From assembly GCA_965222155.1 (NCBI GenBank), contig CBDCTH010000012.1, positions 1,600,001 through 1,664,000 of the forward strand: DNA of 64,000 nt. Direction: 5' to 3'. Made by a program: the position numbers and the translations under genes. Within the stretch, counting starts at the first letter, position 1. Each line of letters opens with the position of its first letter. Below the pieces are notes generated by a model. That model saw only the letters and a program-made list of their open reading frames with translations, was not told the DNA's origin and ran no database searches. The stretch comes from Gammaproteobacteria bacterium (GTDB lineage: Bacteria; Pseudomonadota; Gammaproteobacteria; Eutrophobiales; Eutrophobiaceae). Of the stretch, positions 11,482 to 21,672 are shown piece by piece.

Positions 11482-12635
11482 ATTTCAGCAGCAGGGCTCC
11501 CCCACGTCCTGTCTCCTGTTCTCAGTTCTTCGTGAATGAGCAGTTTCAGTTCCGCCAGGCCGGCTCCGGTCCGGGCTGAAACCCAGGCGCGCGCACTGGC
11601 GCCGTTGATACTACTGCTCACAACCGTCTGCAGATCGCCATTTCCGGATTCAAACCCGGACTGGTCGATTTTATTAAAGACAAGGATCTGTGGAATAGAC
11701 ATGGCCCCCAACTCGTCTATCACCTTATTCACCTCCTCAATGCGCATCTGCTGGTCATCGTTGATGTCAACGATGTGCAATAATAAATTAGCGCTTTTAA
11801 TTTCATCCAGTGTGGCATGGAAAGACTCCACCAGGTCATGGGGGATATGCCGGATAAAACCTACCGTATCGCTGAGAAGTACCGATAGATCATCAGCCAG
11901 GCGGGCCTTCCTGATAGTCGGGTCCAGTGTGGCGAACAGCTTGTCGGCACAATAAACGTCGGCGCCGGTCAAGCGGTTAAAGAGCGTGGACTTGCCGGCG
12001 TTGGTATACCCTACCAGTGAAATGACAGCGGTATTATTGCGCCGGCGTAATCGTCTCCCTTGCTCTCTCCGGCTTTTCACTTTCTCAAGTCGCCCGCGGA
12101 TAGTTTTAATCCGCTTACCGATTAAACGTCTGTCAGTCTCCAACTGGGTTTCGCCGGGTCCCCTCAGGCCGATACCGCCTTTTTGTCTTTCCAGGTGCGA
12201 CCAACCGCGCACCAGCCGCGTAGACAAATGTCGCAACTGCGCCAGTTCGACCTGCAGCTTACCCTCGTAAGTTCTGGCCCGCTGGGAGAAAATATCGAGA
12301 ATCAATCCGACCCGATCAACAACCCGGCAATTTATTTTCTGCTCAAGATTGCGTTCCTGCGCCGGCGATAAACCATGATTGAAGATCACTACATCAGCAT
12401 CGTGTTCCAGGGCAGCTTGTCTGATCTCCTCCATCTTGCCTGAACCGATGAAAAACCTGGCATCGGGTTTTGCCCGGCTGCCGGTAATCGTACCTGAAGG
12501 GACCAGGCCGGAGGATTCGGTAAGTCGCACGAATTCGTGCAACTCTTCGTTGTAACGCGGGTTTTGAAAATTGATATGGACAAGGACGGCGCGTGGGTCG
12601 TTCGGGGAAACTGTGTTCAGGGTATTAACCCGCAT
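11478..12635 (-). CDS. hflX: Ribosome-splitting GTPase HflX
   Basis: HLERQKGGIGLRGPGETQLETDRR, GYTNAGKST, LFATLDPT, DTVGF and NKID motifs; 385 aa, lacks the distal C-terminal domain. Confidence 0.97.
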   Translation of the reverse strand: MRVNTLNTVSPNDPRAVLVHINFQNPRYNEELHEFVRLTESSGLVPSGTITGSRAKPDARFFIGSGKMEEIRQAALEHDADVVIFNHGLSPAQERNLEQKINCRVVDRVGLILDIFSQRARTYEGKLQVELAQLRHLSTRLVRGWSHLERQKGGIGLRGPGETQLETDRRLIGKRIKTIRGRLEKVKSRREQGRRLRRRNNTAVISLVGYTNAGKSTLFNRLTGADVYCADKLFATLDPTIRKARLADDLSVLLSDTVGFIRHIPHDLVESFHATLDEIKSANLLLHIVDINDDQQMRIEEVNKVIDELGAMSIPQILVFNKIDQSGFESGNGDLQTVVSSSINGASARAWVSARTGAGLAELKLLIHEELRTGDRTWGSPAAEM

Positions 12636-13033
12636 TTCTCACCAGTTCGCTTGTTGTCATCGGCTAGTTGTTTGCTGTCAATACGTTATAATAGTCTGCT
12701 CACTATATTAACACAACAGACTGTGCTTGATGCGCCCTCGCTTGTCTTTTAGATGCGCTCCATCCTTGGAGCGCCCCCTTCGGGCACTCTTCGAGTGTCC
12801 AAATCCATTCCAGATGGATTTGTGCCGCCAGCGGGCACGTGTTCATTGCGCCCCTCCCCCTGCTCAACTCCATACAGAGCTTGCCCCTGCGGTTGTAAGC
12901 AGGGGGGCAGGCTCTGGGCGCAACCCTGCGGGCGGCTGTCGCCGTGCAAATCGTCAGTCCTAGGGTGTGCGCCATGGAAGGCGCACATCTAAAATCCGGC
13001 GCGATCATCGCATCAACTGGTGAGAAATGCGGG
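12629..13033 (+). mobile_element. MITE family A, copy 2
   Basis: Perfect 19-bp TIR CCCGCATTTCTCACCAGTT / AACTGGTGAGAAATGCGGG; TTAA on both sides (12625-12628, 13034-13037). Confidence 0.9.
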
Positions 13034-13089
13034 TTAATAATTATTCGCTCTCCACTGTGAGAAATAATGGCGATTCTGTCCAGGTTATT

Positions 13090-13896
13090 TCAGGCATCAC
13101 GCATCCCATTCCTGATTTCAGCCACTCGCGGCCACGCTTGCGCGCCGGCCTGGTCCATCAACGGCAGGTATTTCTGATTAAACCAGTTCGTCAGACCTTC
13201 CCGGTATCCCCTGGTTTGAGCTAATCGCTCATACCAGCCGGCAAAATGGGGCTTATCATCCCACATCCCGCGCAGTCCGATCTGGTCCAGGCGGGTAACG
13301 TAAGGAGAATAAGCTATATCGGCCAATGTCAGGCTATCCCCAACCAGCCACGGATGCGCCGCCAGCGCCTCATTCATATCGAACAGCAACTTCTCGAATT
13401 GGCGGATGGATTGTGCAAAGCGCGGCGCTTCTGTCCCTTCCGGCACCACTCGGCGCTGTACCTCCTGGATATACGGGTCGCGGATACCTGCAAAATGCTT
13501 TTCCAATGCTTCGTCCGATCCGCAGGCCTTGATTAACTGGTGGCGAAAGGCAATGGCAAAACTCAGTACGACCACTTCCAGGTGAATGCCGTCATCAAGT
13601 TTTTTCATCCACCAGCGGGTTTTGGCGCGACTGGCCGGATCTGCCGGCAGCAACGGTGGACCAGGATATACCTCGTTGAGGTATTCAATGATTATATTTG
13701 ATTCGGTCAGGATATTACCGTCATGAATCAGCACCGGCACCAATCCCTTCGGGTTGAATTTAAGGAATTCAGGTTGTAATTGATCCCCGCGTCGCAGGTC
13801 CAGTTCCACTCCTTCCCATTCAACTCCTTTTTCCACCAGCAGAAAGCGCACTTTCTGGGAACAGCTTGACATGTCATTATGGTAAAGTTTCAGCAT
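13090..13896 (-). CDS. Glutathione S-transferase family protein
   Basis: SSCSQKVR, NPKGLVPVL, ESNIIIEYL and LTLADI motifs. Confidence 0.93.
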   Translation of the reverse strand: MLKLYHNDMSSCSQKVRFLLVEKGVEWEGVELDLRRGDQLQPEFLKFNPKGLVPVLIHDGNILTESNIIIEYLNEVYPGPPLLPADPASRAKTRWWMKKLDDGIHLEVVVLSFAIAFRHQLIKACGSDEALEKHFAGIRDPYIQEVQRRVVPEGTEAPRFAQSIRQFEKLLFDMNEALAAHPWLVGDSLTLADIAYSPYVTRLDQIGLRGMWDDKPHFAGWYERLAQTRGYREGLTNWFNQKYLPLMDQAGAQAWPRVAEIRNGMRDA

Positions 13897-13936
13897 ATAT
13901 TATTTCCAGGTTTGCCCTCTATGGTCTCAATCGCAT

Positions 13937-15142
13937 TTATATTATCGGCGAATTTGATTCTTTACCCAACAAAATCCGCCCAAATATCTCGGCGCTGGCA
14001 TCATACATCAGCAGGGCGTGCATATTGGTTGCATGCAAATCCCGTGATGCTCTTTGCAATATGCTTTTAATTGAAAGCGCGGACGCACCGGCATACAGGA
14101 ATAACTTATCCACCGCATCCAGCAGCATCTTCACCGACAGACAGCAATCCATACGAATACGCCCGCGCATCTCCATGGGCATTGCCTCATTCAGCTTTGC
14201 ATAGTGATCGATGTCATCGGCCATTTTATACATGACCAGTTCCGCCGCGTGTATTTCCGCCGCTGCAGAACCCAGCGCGACTTGTACGGGAATCCAATCA
14301 TCGGCGCTGTGGGCCGTATACGCCACCCGTTTTCCGGGAACTGATTTTTTAAATTCTTTCAGCGCGGCCCGCGCAACCCCCAGGGCACCGCCTACAAGGC
14401 AAATGGCCAGTACCGGCACAGCTTGTGACAGGGTGACCCAACCGGTATCTTCGGCTTTGTAAGCCGGCGCTTCCCGTTCTATTAACTGCGGTAATGAAAG
14501 GTAGCGATGTCGCGGGACTTTAACGTCCCTGGCAACCAGGGAATTACTGCCGGTTCCCTGTAAACCTGCGACGTACCAGTCATCCTGAATATTGATATCA
14601 GTGGTGGGCATTAACAGGTCGGCCTCATCGATCTTTTCCCCTGCCCCGTCGAATACCTCGGTGCCCAGGATCAGCCATTGTGAATGTTCGCAGCCTGAGC
14701 CAAACGGCCAGAAGCCATTCAATACATAAGAACCGTCATCCTGTTTTACCGCCTTGCCACGGGGCCCTATGACGGCAGAGACAAATGTATCGGGATTATC
14801 GCCGTAAACGTCTTGTTGTGCCTGTCTGGGGAAATGACCCATCAGCCAACTGTGTGCGTGCCAGACGCCCAGCACCCAGGCGCTTGCGCCACAACCCTCA
14901 CCTACTGCCGACAGCACATCAATATAGGAACGAAAAGGCAATTCATGGCCACCACAGGATTTGGGTTGTACGGTACGCAACAAACCGTTATTTTTTATTA
15001 ATTCGACGCTTTCTTTACATAACCGCCGGTTTGTTTCAGCCTGGTCTGCGTATTTTTTCAGGCCCCCTATGATAGACTCGGCCCTGGCCTTAATTTCATC
15101 TGCATTAAGCGTTACGAACGAATCAACAAATTGTGTCGGCAT
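13937..15142 (-). CDS. Flavin-dependent monooxygenase, oxygenase component (acyl-CoA dehydrogenase fold, HsaA/C2-HpaH-like)
   Basis: G.WPFGSGC.HSQW, DDWYVAGLQGTGSNS and LQRASRDLHA...HA motifs. Confidence 0.88.
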   Translation of the reverse strand: MPTQFVDSFVTLNADEIKARAESIIGGLKKYADQAETNRRLCKESVELIKNNGLLRTVQPKSCGGHELPFRSYIDVLSAVGEGCGASAWVLGVWHAHSWLMGHFPRQAQQDVYGDNPDTFVSAVIGPRGKAVKQDDGSYVLNGFWPFGSGCEHSQWLILGTEVFDGAGEKIDEADLLMPTTDINIQDDWYVAGLQGTGSNSLVARDVKVPRHRYLSLPQLIEREAPAYKAEDTGWVTLSQAVPVLAICLVGGALGVARAALKEFKKSVPGKRVAYTAHSADDWIPVQVALGSAAAEIHAAELVMYKMADDIDHYAKLNEAMPMEMRGRIRMDCCLSVKMLLDAVDKLFLYAGASALSIKSILQRASRDLHATNMHALLMYDASAEIFGRILLGKESNSPII

Positions 15143-15235
15143 AGCCTCTCCCTGTTAAGGTCAGACGAAATCAGATGATATACGTGATCACTCATCATAT
15201 GCTACAGTAAGCGTACGAAATACGGGGAATATTAA

Positions 15236-16132
15236 ATGGGAATAAAGCACTGCGCCAATGTAATTGGAATGTTTCTGCTGTGGCTGTCAACCTGCACTCT
15301 TGCAGCTCAGCCGGATATAATGACGGTTGATGACCTGTTGGCCGAGCTATCCTCCGCTGCCGCGGGAACAAAAATCGCTTACGGAACCGATCCCCTGCAA
15401 TTCGGCGAACTCCACGTTCCTGCCGGTGAGGGGCCTTTCCCGGTAGTTGTATTCATTCATGGCGGCTGCTGGCTGGCCGAATATGACATCACCACGACAC
15501 GCCCCCTGGCATGGGCGCTCCGGGATCAGGGAATTGCCGTGTGGAACCTTGAGTATCGCCGCGTCGGTAACCCGGGAGGCAATTATCCCGGCCTCCTGCT
15601 TGATATCGGCTCGGGTACCGACTACTTGAGGCAGTTGGCCTCCGACTACCCACTGGACCTCTCGCGGGTCGTCGTCATGGGCCATTCAGCCGGCGGACAC
15701 CTGGCGCTCTGGACCGGCGCGCGCAGGGGAATCCCGGCCGACCATGAACTGTATCAACCCGACCCGCTCGCGCTGGTTGGCGTTGTCGCGCTGGCGCCGG
15801 CCGCGGCGCTCACACTGCTCCACCAGCAAGGGAACTGCGACAACGTGATAGACAGACTCATGGGCGGGTCGCCGGCGGCACAACCAGACCGCTACCACTA
15901 CATCGAGCCCGCGCGCATGGCGCCTATCGGCATTCGGCAAATCGCGATAATGGGTGTACACGACACGGTTTGGACGCCCTTCGGCGAGGCCTACGTCACG
16001 GCTGCACGAGCGCTGGGAGACACCATGATAGAACGCGTAATGGCGCCCGACTCAGGACACTTTGAGATGATCACGCCGGGCACATCCACCTGGAAGCTGG
16101 TGCTTGAGGCAGTGCATGCGTTCCTGCAATGA
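15236..16132 (+). CDS. Exported alpha/beta hydrolase (esterase/lipase, HSL-like)
   Basis: Signal-peptide-like N-terminus, IHGGCW oxyanion motif, GHSAGG nucleophile elbow and GHF. Confidence 0.88.
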   Translation: MGIKHCANVIGMFLLWLSTCTLAAQPDIMTVDDLLAELSSAAAGTKIAYGTDPLQFGELHVPAGEGPFPVVVFIHGGCWLAEYDITTTRPLAWALRDQGIAVWNLEYRRVGNPGGNYPGLLLDIGSGTDYLRQLASDYPLDLSRVVVMGHSAGGHLALWTGARRGIPADHELYQPDPLALVGVVALAPAAALTLLHQQGNCDNVIDRLMGGSPAAQPDRYHYIEPARMAPIGIRQIAIMGVHDTVWTPFGEAYVTAARALGDTMIERVMAPDSGHFEMITPGTSTWKLVLEAVHAFLQ

Positions 16133-17053
16133 TTACAGGCCTGATCCGGCCCGGCGTAGGCGAGACTCGAGCTTAGCCCGAGCGTCGAGCAGTTCGCTAT
16201 GAGTTTGAAGAATTTCTGCTACAGCAACAGGATCAACCATGCCCTCTTCTGCAGCCCGCACAAAGTTGCCAATCAAACCGGAGAACTCTGCTTCCTCGCG
16301 TAAACCCGGACGCTCTCCACTCAGTGTGACAGTATGGACCTTCCTGTCATCCGGCCATTCCGCAATAACCCGTAAGTGATAGTCCGCACTCCCTCTTAAA
16401 TCAACCGAGATGCCAAGCTGTGTCTCTCCGAGCCGGCCCGTAAGCGAGACCTGGAGCGGAAAATCATCTGGCAAATCGTCATGCACAACGAGTTCAGTCA
16501 GCGCTCTGCCCTGAGTCCGGCAAAGCCAGCGAACCAGGTCATGGCAATGGATCCCCAGCACGAAAAAGGCTCCTCCACTGCGAGACGGATCACGGATCCA
16601 GTTTTTTCCGGAAGCCAATCGGTCAATCCCCAATTGATAGCTGCAATACACTTTAGACGGAACTCCGTAAACATTCCCGCGCCGTCGCAATCGTTGAATA
16701 TCATCGTTAAAACGAAGGCGATAGCCGAGATGAACCGGGACACCGGCAGCTGGAAGAACAAGCTCGAGTTGCCTCAATTCAGCGCGAGTGATGCAGAGCG
16801 GCTTTTCGACCATGATTGCCTTGCCCGCAGCTACTGCCGCCAACACCATCCCTGCATGAAGATCATTGGGTGTAGTGATCGAGATGGCATCAACCTCGGG
16901 CAAGAGGTCTTCCAGGCTGTGAAACCAGGGGATGGTCCTGCCCGGCCGCCTGCGCGAGACTACACCGGTCAATCGCGCACCGTGCGCTGCCAGGTGTTTT
17001 GCGTGAATCTTACCGGCATCTCCCCAGCCGACGACACCCACCCGCAAGCTCAT
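16133..17053 (-). CDS. Gfo/Idh/MocA-family oxidoreductase
   Basis: GVVGWG..G..H, TPNDLH, VEKPL, RFN and GG....GIH..D motifs. Confidence 0.9.
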   Translation of the reverse strand: MSLRVGVVGWGDAGKIHAKHLAAHGARLTGVVSRRRPGRTIPWFHSLEDLLPEVDAISITTPNDLHAGMVLAAVAAGKAIMVEKPLCITRAELRQLELVLPAAGVPVHLGYRLRFNDDIQRLRRRGNVYGVPSKVYCSYQLGIDRLASGKNWIRDPSRSGGAFFVLGIHCHDLVRWLCRTQGRALTELVVHDDLPDDFPLQVSLTGRLGETQLGISVDLRGSADYHLRVIAEWPDDRKVHTVTLSGERPGLREEAEFSGLIGNFVRAAEEGMVDPVAVAEILQTHSELLDARAKLESRLRRAGSGL

Positions 17054-17168
17054 TGCAACAGACCTTTGTCCATCTCTACTTCATCCCTGCCGGCCCTCAG
17101 CCAGCCCGGCCAAAGTATGGCACCAGGCTGTCAGTTCCTCCGCCATCACTCATATGCCACACTATTTC

Positions 17169-17345
17169 CAGCAAGTTCCCGCTAACTCCCTGGAGCGAGG
17201 GCATCCTGCCCTTGTGGAGGGCGAGACGCCCTCGCTCCCAAGGGAAAATGCCCGTGACTCCCGGGGGACAGATTTAAATCTGTCCCCTGTGTCTTCTAAT
17301 CCGGCAAAAATCACTGTATTGACCTCGATTTAGCGAGAGCACCTG
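17169..17345 (+). mobile_element. MITE family B, copy 2
   Basis: CAGCAAGTTCCCGCTAACTC ... GATTTAGCGAGAGCACCTG with the same internal hairpins and palindrome (17264-17287). Degenerate flanking repeat ACACTATTTC / ACACTACTC. Confidence 0.82.
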
Positions 17346-17443
17346 ACACTACTCTTGCTTTCTTGCACCGTCTAAAGCATACGCATAAACTGCCGACAAT
17401 CACAATGTCTTTTTCTGTTGGCATAACGTAACACAATCACTCC

Positions 17444-18769
17444 ATGCAGAAACGCCTGTCATATTTCACAAAGATTACCGGTCCCGCCGCGGTAATGGCG
17501 GCCGCGGCCATGGGCGCAGGCTCTGTTTCAACATTGATTCTTGCCGGGGCATGGTTTCGTTATGAGTTGCTCTGGATGGTCTTGCTGACGCTGCCGCTCC
17601 TGGTGATCGCGGTCGATTCTGCCTCGCGCATCGGCCTGCTCAATAAAGACAAGGGCATGTTTTCACTCATTTCCGAACACATCCATCCCGGCGTTGCCTG
17701 GGTGATCCTGGCGATTAATGTTCCCGTCCACCTTTTCATCGGTATGGGCCAGATGTCAGTCGTAACCTCGTCGGCGCTGTCCCTGTTTGGCTTCCACCCG
17801 CCTGCCACGTCTGCGGCTTTCGAGAACAGTTATTTCCAGACTTTGGATATGATCGTATCCCTGGTATTTGCGTCCGGTATCATATGGTTGCTGACCTCGG
17901 AAGGTTACCAGCGTATGCAGAAGTTCATGACGGCATTCATGCTGCTGATATTCATCTGTTTTCTCATTGTTGCACTACGTGGCTTTCAGGAAATCAGCGC
18001 CATATTGTCCGGTTTCGCGCTGAGTGTTCCCGCTGATTTACCGGTCCCTTCCCGGGACATTGTCCGCAGCAGCGGGATTACCGTCCTTGCCATTGTCGGC
18101 AGCGCCCTGGCGCCGGCGTCCATGCTTGGCATTTCCTACATGAGCGCGGACAACCGGCAGGCGGGCATCATGGATTTTAACCAGGAATTTCGGAAATCCG
18201 TCATTAACCTGGGTTTTATTTACGGCAGCAGTTCGCTGTTCATCATTATTGCCGGTGGGTTTGCCCTGTTCCCTCTGGCTAACCACGCTGAAATCGATTC
18301 CGTCCATGAGGCCAGTCTAATATTAGTACGGGTTTTCCCCCGCGGACTTGAATTTCTTGGACCTACCATATTTACCTTCGGCATGCTCATCGCCGGCCTG
18401 ACCACCTTTATCGTGGCCGTAGAAGTGATCAGTTATTTCATACTCGATATGTTCGGTTTCGACTGGCACCACTCAAAGGAAAATAAACGCTTCAGGAGGA
18501 CAGTGACGATATGTATTATTGTCCCGGCACTGCTGGCGCCTTTGTGGACTTTTCCCGCTTTGTTCAAACTCCTGTTGTTAATGGGAGTCAACGCCATAGT
18601 CGTACCGATGGTGTTTTTGGCAGTAATCATCATGGTGAACAGAAAGTCTGTCATGGGAGAATATACCAGCAGCATCTACAGAAATATTATACTGGTGGCA
18701 GCGTTCCTGCTATCAGTTACCATATCGTTCATCAAGTTGCCTGAGTTTATTCAAATATTGACCGGTTGA
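17444..18769 (+). CDS. NRAMP-related (divalent metal transporter-like) membrane protein, paralogue 1
   Basis: GPAAVMAAAAMGAGS....AGAWFRYELLW start, many TM segments and NRKSVMGEY C-terminal motif; the DPGN motif is replaced by GAGS. Confidence 0.8.
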   Translation: MQKRLSYFTKITGPAAVMAAAAMGAGSVSTLILAGAWFRYELLWMVLLTLPLLVIAVDSASRIGLLNKDKGMFSLISEHIHPGVAWVILAINVPVHLFIGMGQMSVVTSSALSLFGFHPPATSAAFENSYFQTLDMIVSLVFASGIIWLLTSEGYQRMQKFMTAFMLLIFICFLIVALRGFQEISAILSGFALSVPADLPVPSRDIVRSSGITVLAIVGSALAPASMLGISYMSADNRQAGIMDFNQEFRKSVINLGFIYGSSSLFIIIAGGFALFPLANHAEIDSVHEASLILVRVFPRGLEFLGPTIFTFGMLIAGLTTFIVAVEVISYFILDMFGFDWHHSKENKRFRRTVTICIIVPALLAPLWTFPALFKLLLLMGVNAIVVPMVFLAVIIMVNRKSVMGEYTSSIYRNIILVAAFLLSVTISFIKLPEFIQILTG

Positions 18770-18891
18770 CGTCAGTGGGCAAAAAGAGAGAACATGAACG
18801 TATTGATAGTTATAGCTACCTGAGGTGTGGAGGAAACAGACCCACCAGTCGTCTTTCATTCAGATAACGGCACTGCCCATAACAGGGGCTA

Positions 18892-21672
18892 ATGACTAAA
18901 CGGATAATCCAGGTAATGAAAAAACAGACATTAAACTTCACTGTAAACGACCAAACAGAAACAATTGAAATCACCCCGCGCACCCGTCTGCTTGATGCTT
19001 TGCGCGTCGACCTGGGGCTGACCGGCACGAAGGAAGGCTGTGGCACCGGGGATTGTGGTAGTTGTACAGTGCTGCTGGACGGAAAAGCCGTCAACTCGTG
19101 CATGCTGCTGGCACTACAGACCGAGGGACGTGAAGTGACCACCATCGAGGGACTGGGCAAGCCGGGAACGCTGGATCCGGTGCAACAGGCTATGGTCCAG
19201 AGCGGCGGCATCCAGTGTGGATTTTGTACCCCGGGCATGGTGCTTTCACTGAAAAGCCTGTTCGACCAAAACCCCCATCCGGACGAAGAAACAGTGCGGG
19301 TCGCCATCTCCAGCAACCTGTGCCGCTGCACTGGCTACAGCAAGATTTTTGACGCTGCAAAAGCGTTAGGCAATGGGAGTGTCTATTCGGTAACCGCCAA
19401 CGCTGATGACGACGCAATCGGTGCGCGCATGGTGCGCACCGATGCCGTGGAAAAAGTAACTGGACACGCCGTCTATGCCGAAGACATCCAGCTGCCGCGC
19501 ATGATCTATGGCGCTCTTGTGCGCAGCACGCAGGCACACGCTAAGATACTGTCTATTGATACCTCTGCGGCGATGAGTCTGGCGGGAGTCAAAGCGGTGG
19601 TTACGGGACCTGAGATTGAGATGGGTTACTACGGTTATGAACTACACGACCTACGGGTGTTCGCGTTGGAAAAAGTGCGTTACCTGGGAGAGCCCGTTGC
19701 CGCGGTTGCGGCCGTGACGCCCGATATCGCGCGGGAAGCGGCCATGAAAGTGAAGGTCGAGTACGAGGAACTGCCGGGGATCTTCGACCCTGAGGACGCA
19801 ATCGCTCCAGGCGCCCCCCTGGTGCATGATGACCCGAATTCTTACCAGTTCGACTGGGAATCGGAACGGACGGGCAACCTGTGCTACAAGCTCGAATTCG
19901 GTGAAGGTGACGTGGAGCGGGGATTCGCCGAATCGGACCGGGTGATCGAAGGGACCTACCACACGCCGGTTGCCCATGCCGGCGCTATCGAACCGCACAG
20001 TGCAACGGCCATGACGGATCCCTCCGGCCGCATCACGGTATGGACCACAACACAAAAGCCCTTCGGCGTGCGCAGTTACCTGGCCCGCGCCTTGAAACGC
20101 TCAATCAGCTCGTTCAGGATTGTACCTACTCACATCGGCGGCGGTTTCGGCGGCAAGCTGTTTCCCGTTCTTGAACCTTACGCGGTGTTGCTTGCGGAGC
20201 GATCGGGACTGCCGGTTCAGATGACCCTGACCCGGGAAGAAGAGATGACGTCGGCAGAACTGTTGCGCCATCCGTCAAAGATAAAGATCAAGACCGGCGT
20301 CAGGAACGACGGCGCCCTGGTTGCCCAACAAGTGCGCATGCTGTTCAACACCGGCGCGTATGGGCCATACGGACCTAATACGGCAGCCCTGGGAAGCCTC
20401 ATGGCCGGCGGTCCCTACCGCATCCCGAACCTGGACATTACCGGCCTGGTTACGTATACCAACAACGTGCCGAATGGCTCCATCCGTTGCCCGTCGGGAC
20501 CGCAGATGGCGTTTGCGGTGGAGACCCATATGGAGAAGGTCGCGCGCGCAGTCGGGATGGATGGCCTGGCGTTCCGCCTGAAGAATGCGTGGGAAAACGG
20601 TGACACGACCTGTACCGGGCAGCCGCTGGACGCGGTCAGTATCAAGGAATGTCTGCAAAAGGCGGCGGACGCGGTGGAATGGGATAAACCACGCCCTCCC
20701 GGCACCGGCAAAGGTCTGGCCTGTAACTGGTGGGTCAGCGGTACCTGGGGTACCCAGACGCTGATTGAAACCAATGAAGACGCCACCTTTCGACTCATAT
20801 CAGGCTGTGTCGACATGGGCACCGGTGGGTTAACCTCAAGTGTGCTGCAAATGGCGGCCGCAGGCCTCGGCGTCCCGGTCAAATCAATCCAGCTGGTGCG
20901 CGGCGATACCGATACCCTGCCTTGGGACCACGGTCATGGTGGCAGTCGCATGACGTTCACTATCGGACGTTCGGCCCGGGAGGCAGCGCAGGACCTGAAG
21001 CGGCAATTGCTTGAAGAAGCTGCAATGCGGCTTGAGGCTTCGGTGGACGATATGGTGCTCGAAGACGGACAGGTCTTTGTCCGTGGTGACCGGACAAACT
21101 CAGTATCATTATCCAGCATCTGTTACGACCGGCACAAGAAACACGGCGGACCGATGATCGGTGTCTCGTCCGTCCTGGACGATGCGCCGCCAACGACGAG
21201 GCCGCATCCCATTGGCGGTTTTCCCGCACCGAGTTTCTGCGCCCACGCGCTGGAGTTGAACGTAGACGACGCTACCGGCGAAATTGCCGTGACGCGTTAT
21301 GCTGCAGCCCATGACGTCGGCAAAGCGGTCAACCCCACGGGCTGTGAAGGGCAGATCGAGGGCGGTGTTGCCATGGGTCTCGGTCTGGCCATGATGGAAG
21401 AACTGCGCGAAGTCAACGGAAAGGTCTTGAACCCCAGCTTCGCCGACTACCTGCTGCTTACCGCCGAAGACATGCCGCCGATGCAGACTATACTGGTGGA
21501 ACAACCGGCGATTGAGGGGCCGATCGGTGTCAAAGGCGTTGGCGAACCGCCCATTGCGCCTCCCACGGGCGCCTTGGCCAACGCACTGGCCGATGCTCTG
21601 GACGTCGACGTCCAGCGTCTGCCCCTGACCCCGGAACAGGTGTCGGCACTCATTGCAGCCAGAAAATCATGA
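18892..21672 (+). CDS. Xanthine oxidase-family Mo-hydroxylase: fused 2x[2Fe-2S] and molybdopterin subunit
   Basis: GTKEGCGTGDCGSCTV, QCGFCTPG, NLCRCTGY, GGGFGGK, GQIEGG and KGVGEPP motifs. Start is 18892 or 18916. Confidence 0.95.
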   Translation: MTKRIIQVMKKQTLNFTVNDQTETIEITPRTRLLDALRVDLGLTGTKEGCGTGDCGSCTVLLDGKAVNSCMLLALQTEGREVTTIEGLGKPGTLDPVQQAMVQSGGIQCGFCTPGMVLSLKSLFDQNPHPDEETVRVAISSNLCRCTGYSKIFDAAKALGNGSVYSVTANADDDAIGARMVRTDAVEKVTGHAVYAEDIQLPRMIYGALVRSTQAHAKILSIDTSAAMSLAGVKAVVTGPEIEMGYYGYELHDLRVFALEKVRYLGEPVAAVAAVTPDIAREAAMKVKVEYEELPGIFDPEDAIAPGAPLVHDDPNSYQFDWESERTGNLCYKLEFGEGDVERGFAESDRVIEGTYHTPVAHAGAIEPHSATAMTDPSGRITVWTTTQKPFGVRSYLARALKRSISSFRIVPTHIGGGFGGKLFPVLEPYAVLLAERSGLPVQMTLTREEEMTSAELLRHPSKIKIKTGVRNDGALVAQQVRMLFNTGAYGPYGPNTAALGSLMAGGPYRIPNLDITGLVTYTNNVPNGSIRCPSGPQMAFAVETHMEKVARAVGMDGLAFRLKNAWENGDTTCTGQPLDAVSIKECLQKAADAVEWDKPRPPGTGKGLACNWWVSGTWGTQTLIETNEDATFRLISGCVDMGTGGLTSSVLQMAAAGLGVPVKSIQLVRGDTDTLPWDHGHGGSRMTFTIGRSAREAAQDLKRQLLEEAAMRLEASVDDMVLEDGQVFVRGDRTNSVSLSSICYDRHKKHGGPMIGVSSVLDDAPPTTRPHPIGGFPAPSFCAHALELNVDDATGEIAVTRYAAAHDVGKAVNPTGCEGQIEGGVAMGLGLAMMEELREVNGKVLNPSFADYLLLTAEDMPPMQTILVEQPAIEGPIGVKGVGEPPIAPPTGALANALADALDVDVQRLPLTPEQVSALIAARKS

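Noticed and set aside
12703-13008. Small ORFs inside MITEs (also 9874-10236, 27446-27631, 52139-52746, 60759-61416)
   Set aside because: They are translations of palindromic repeat modules; the frames are not conserved between copies.
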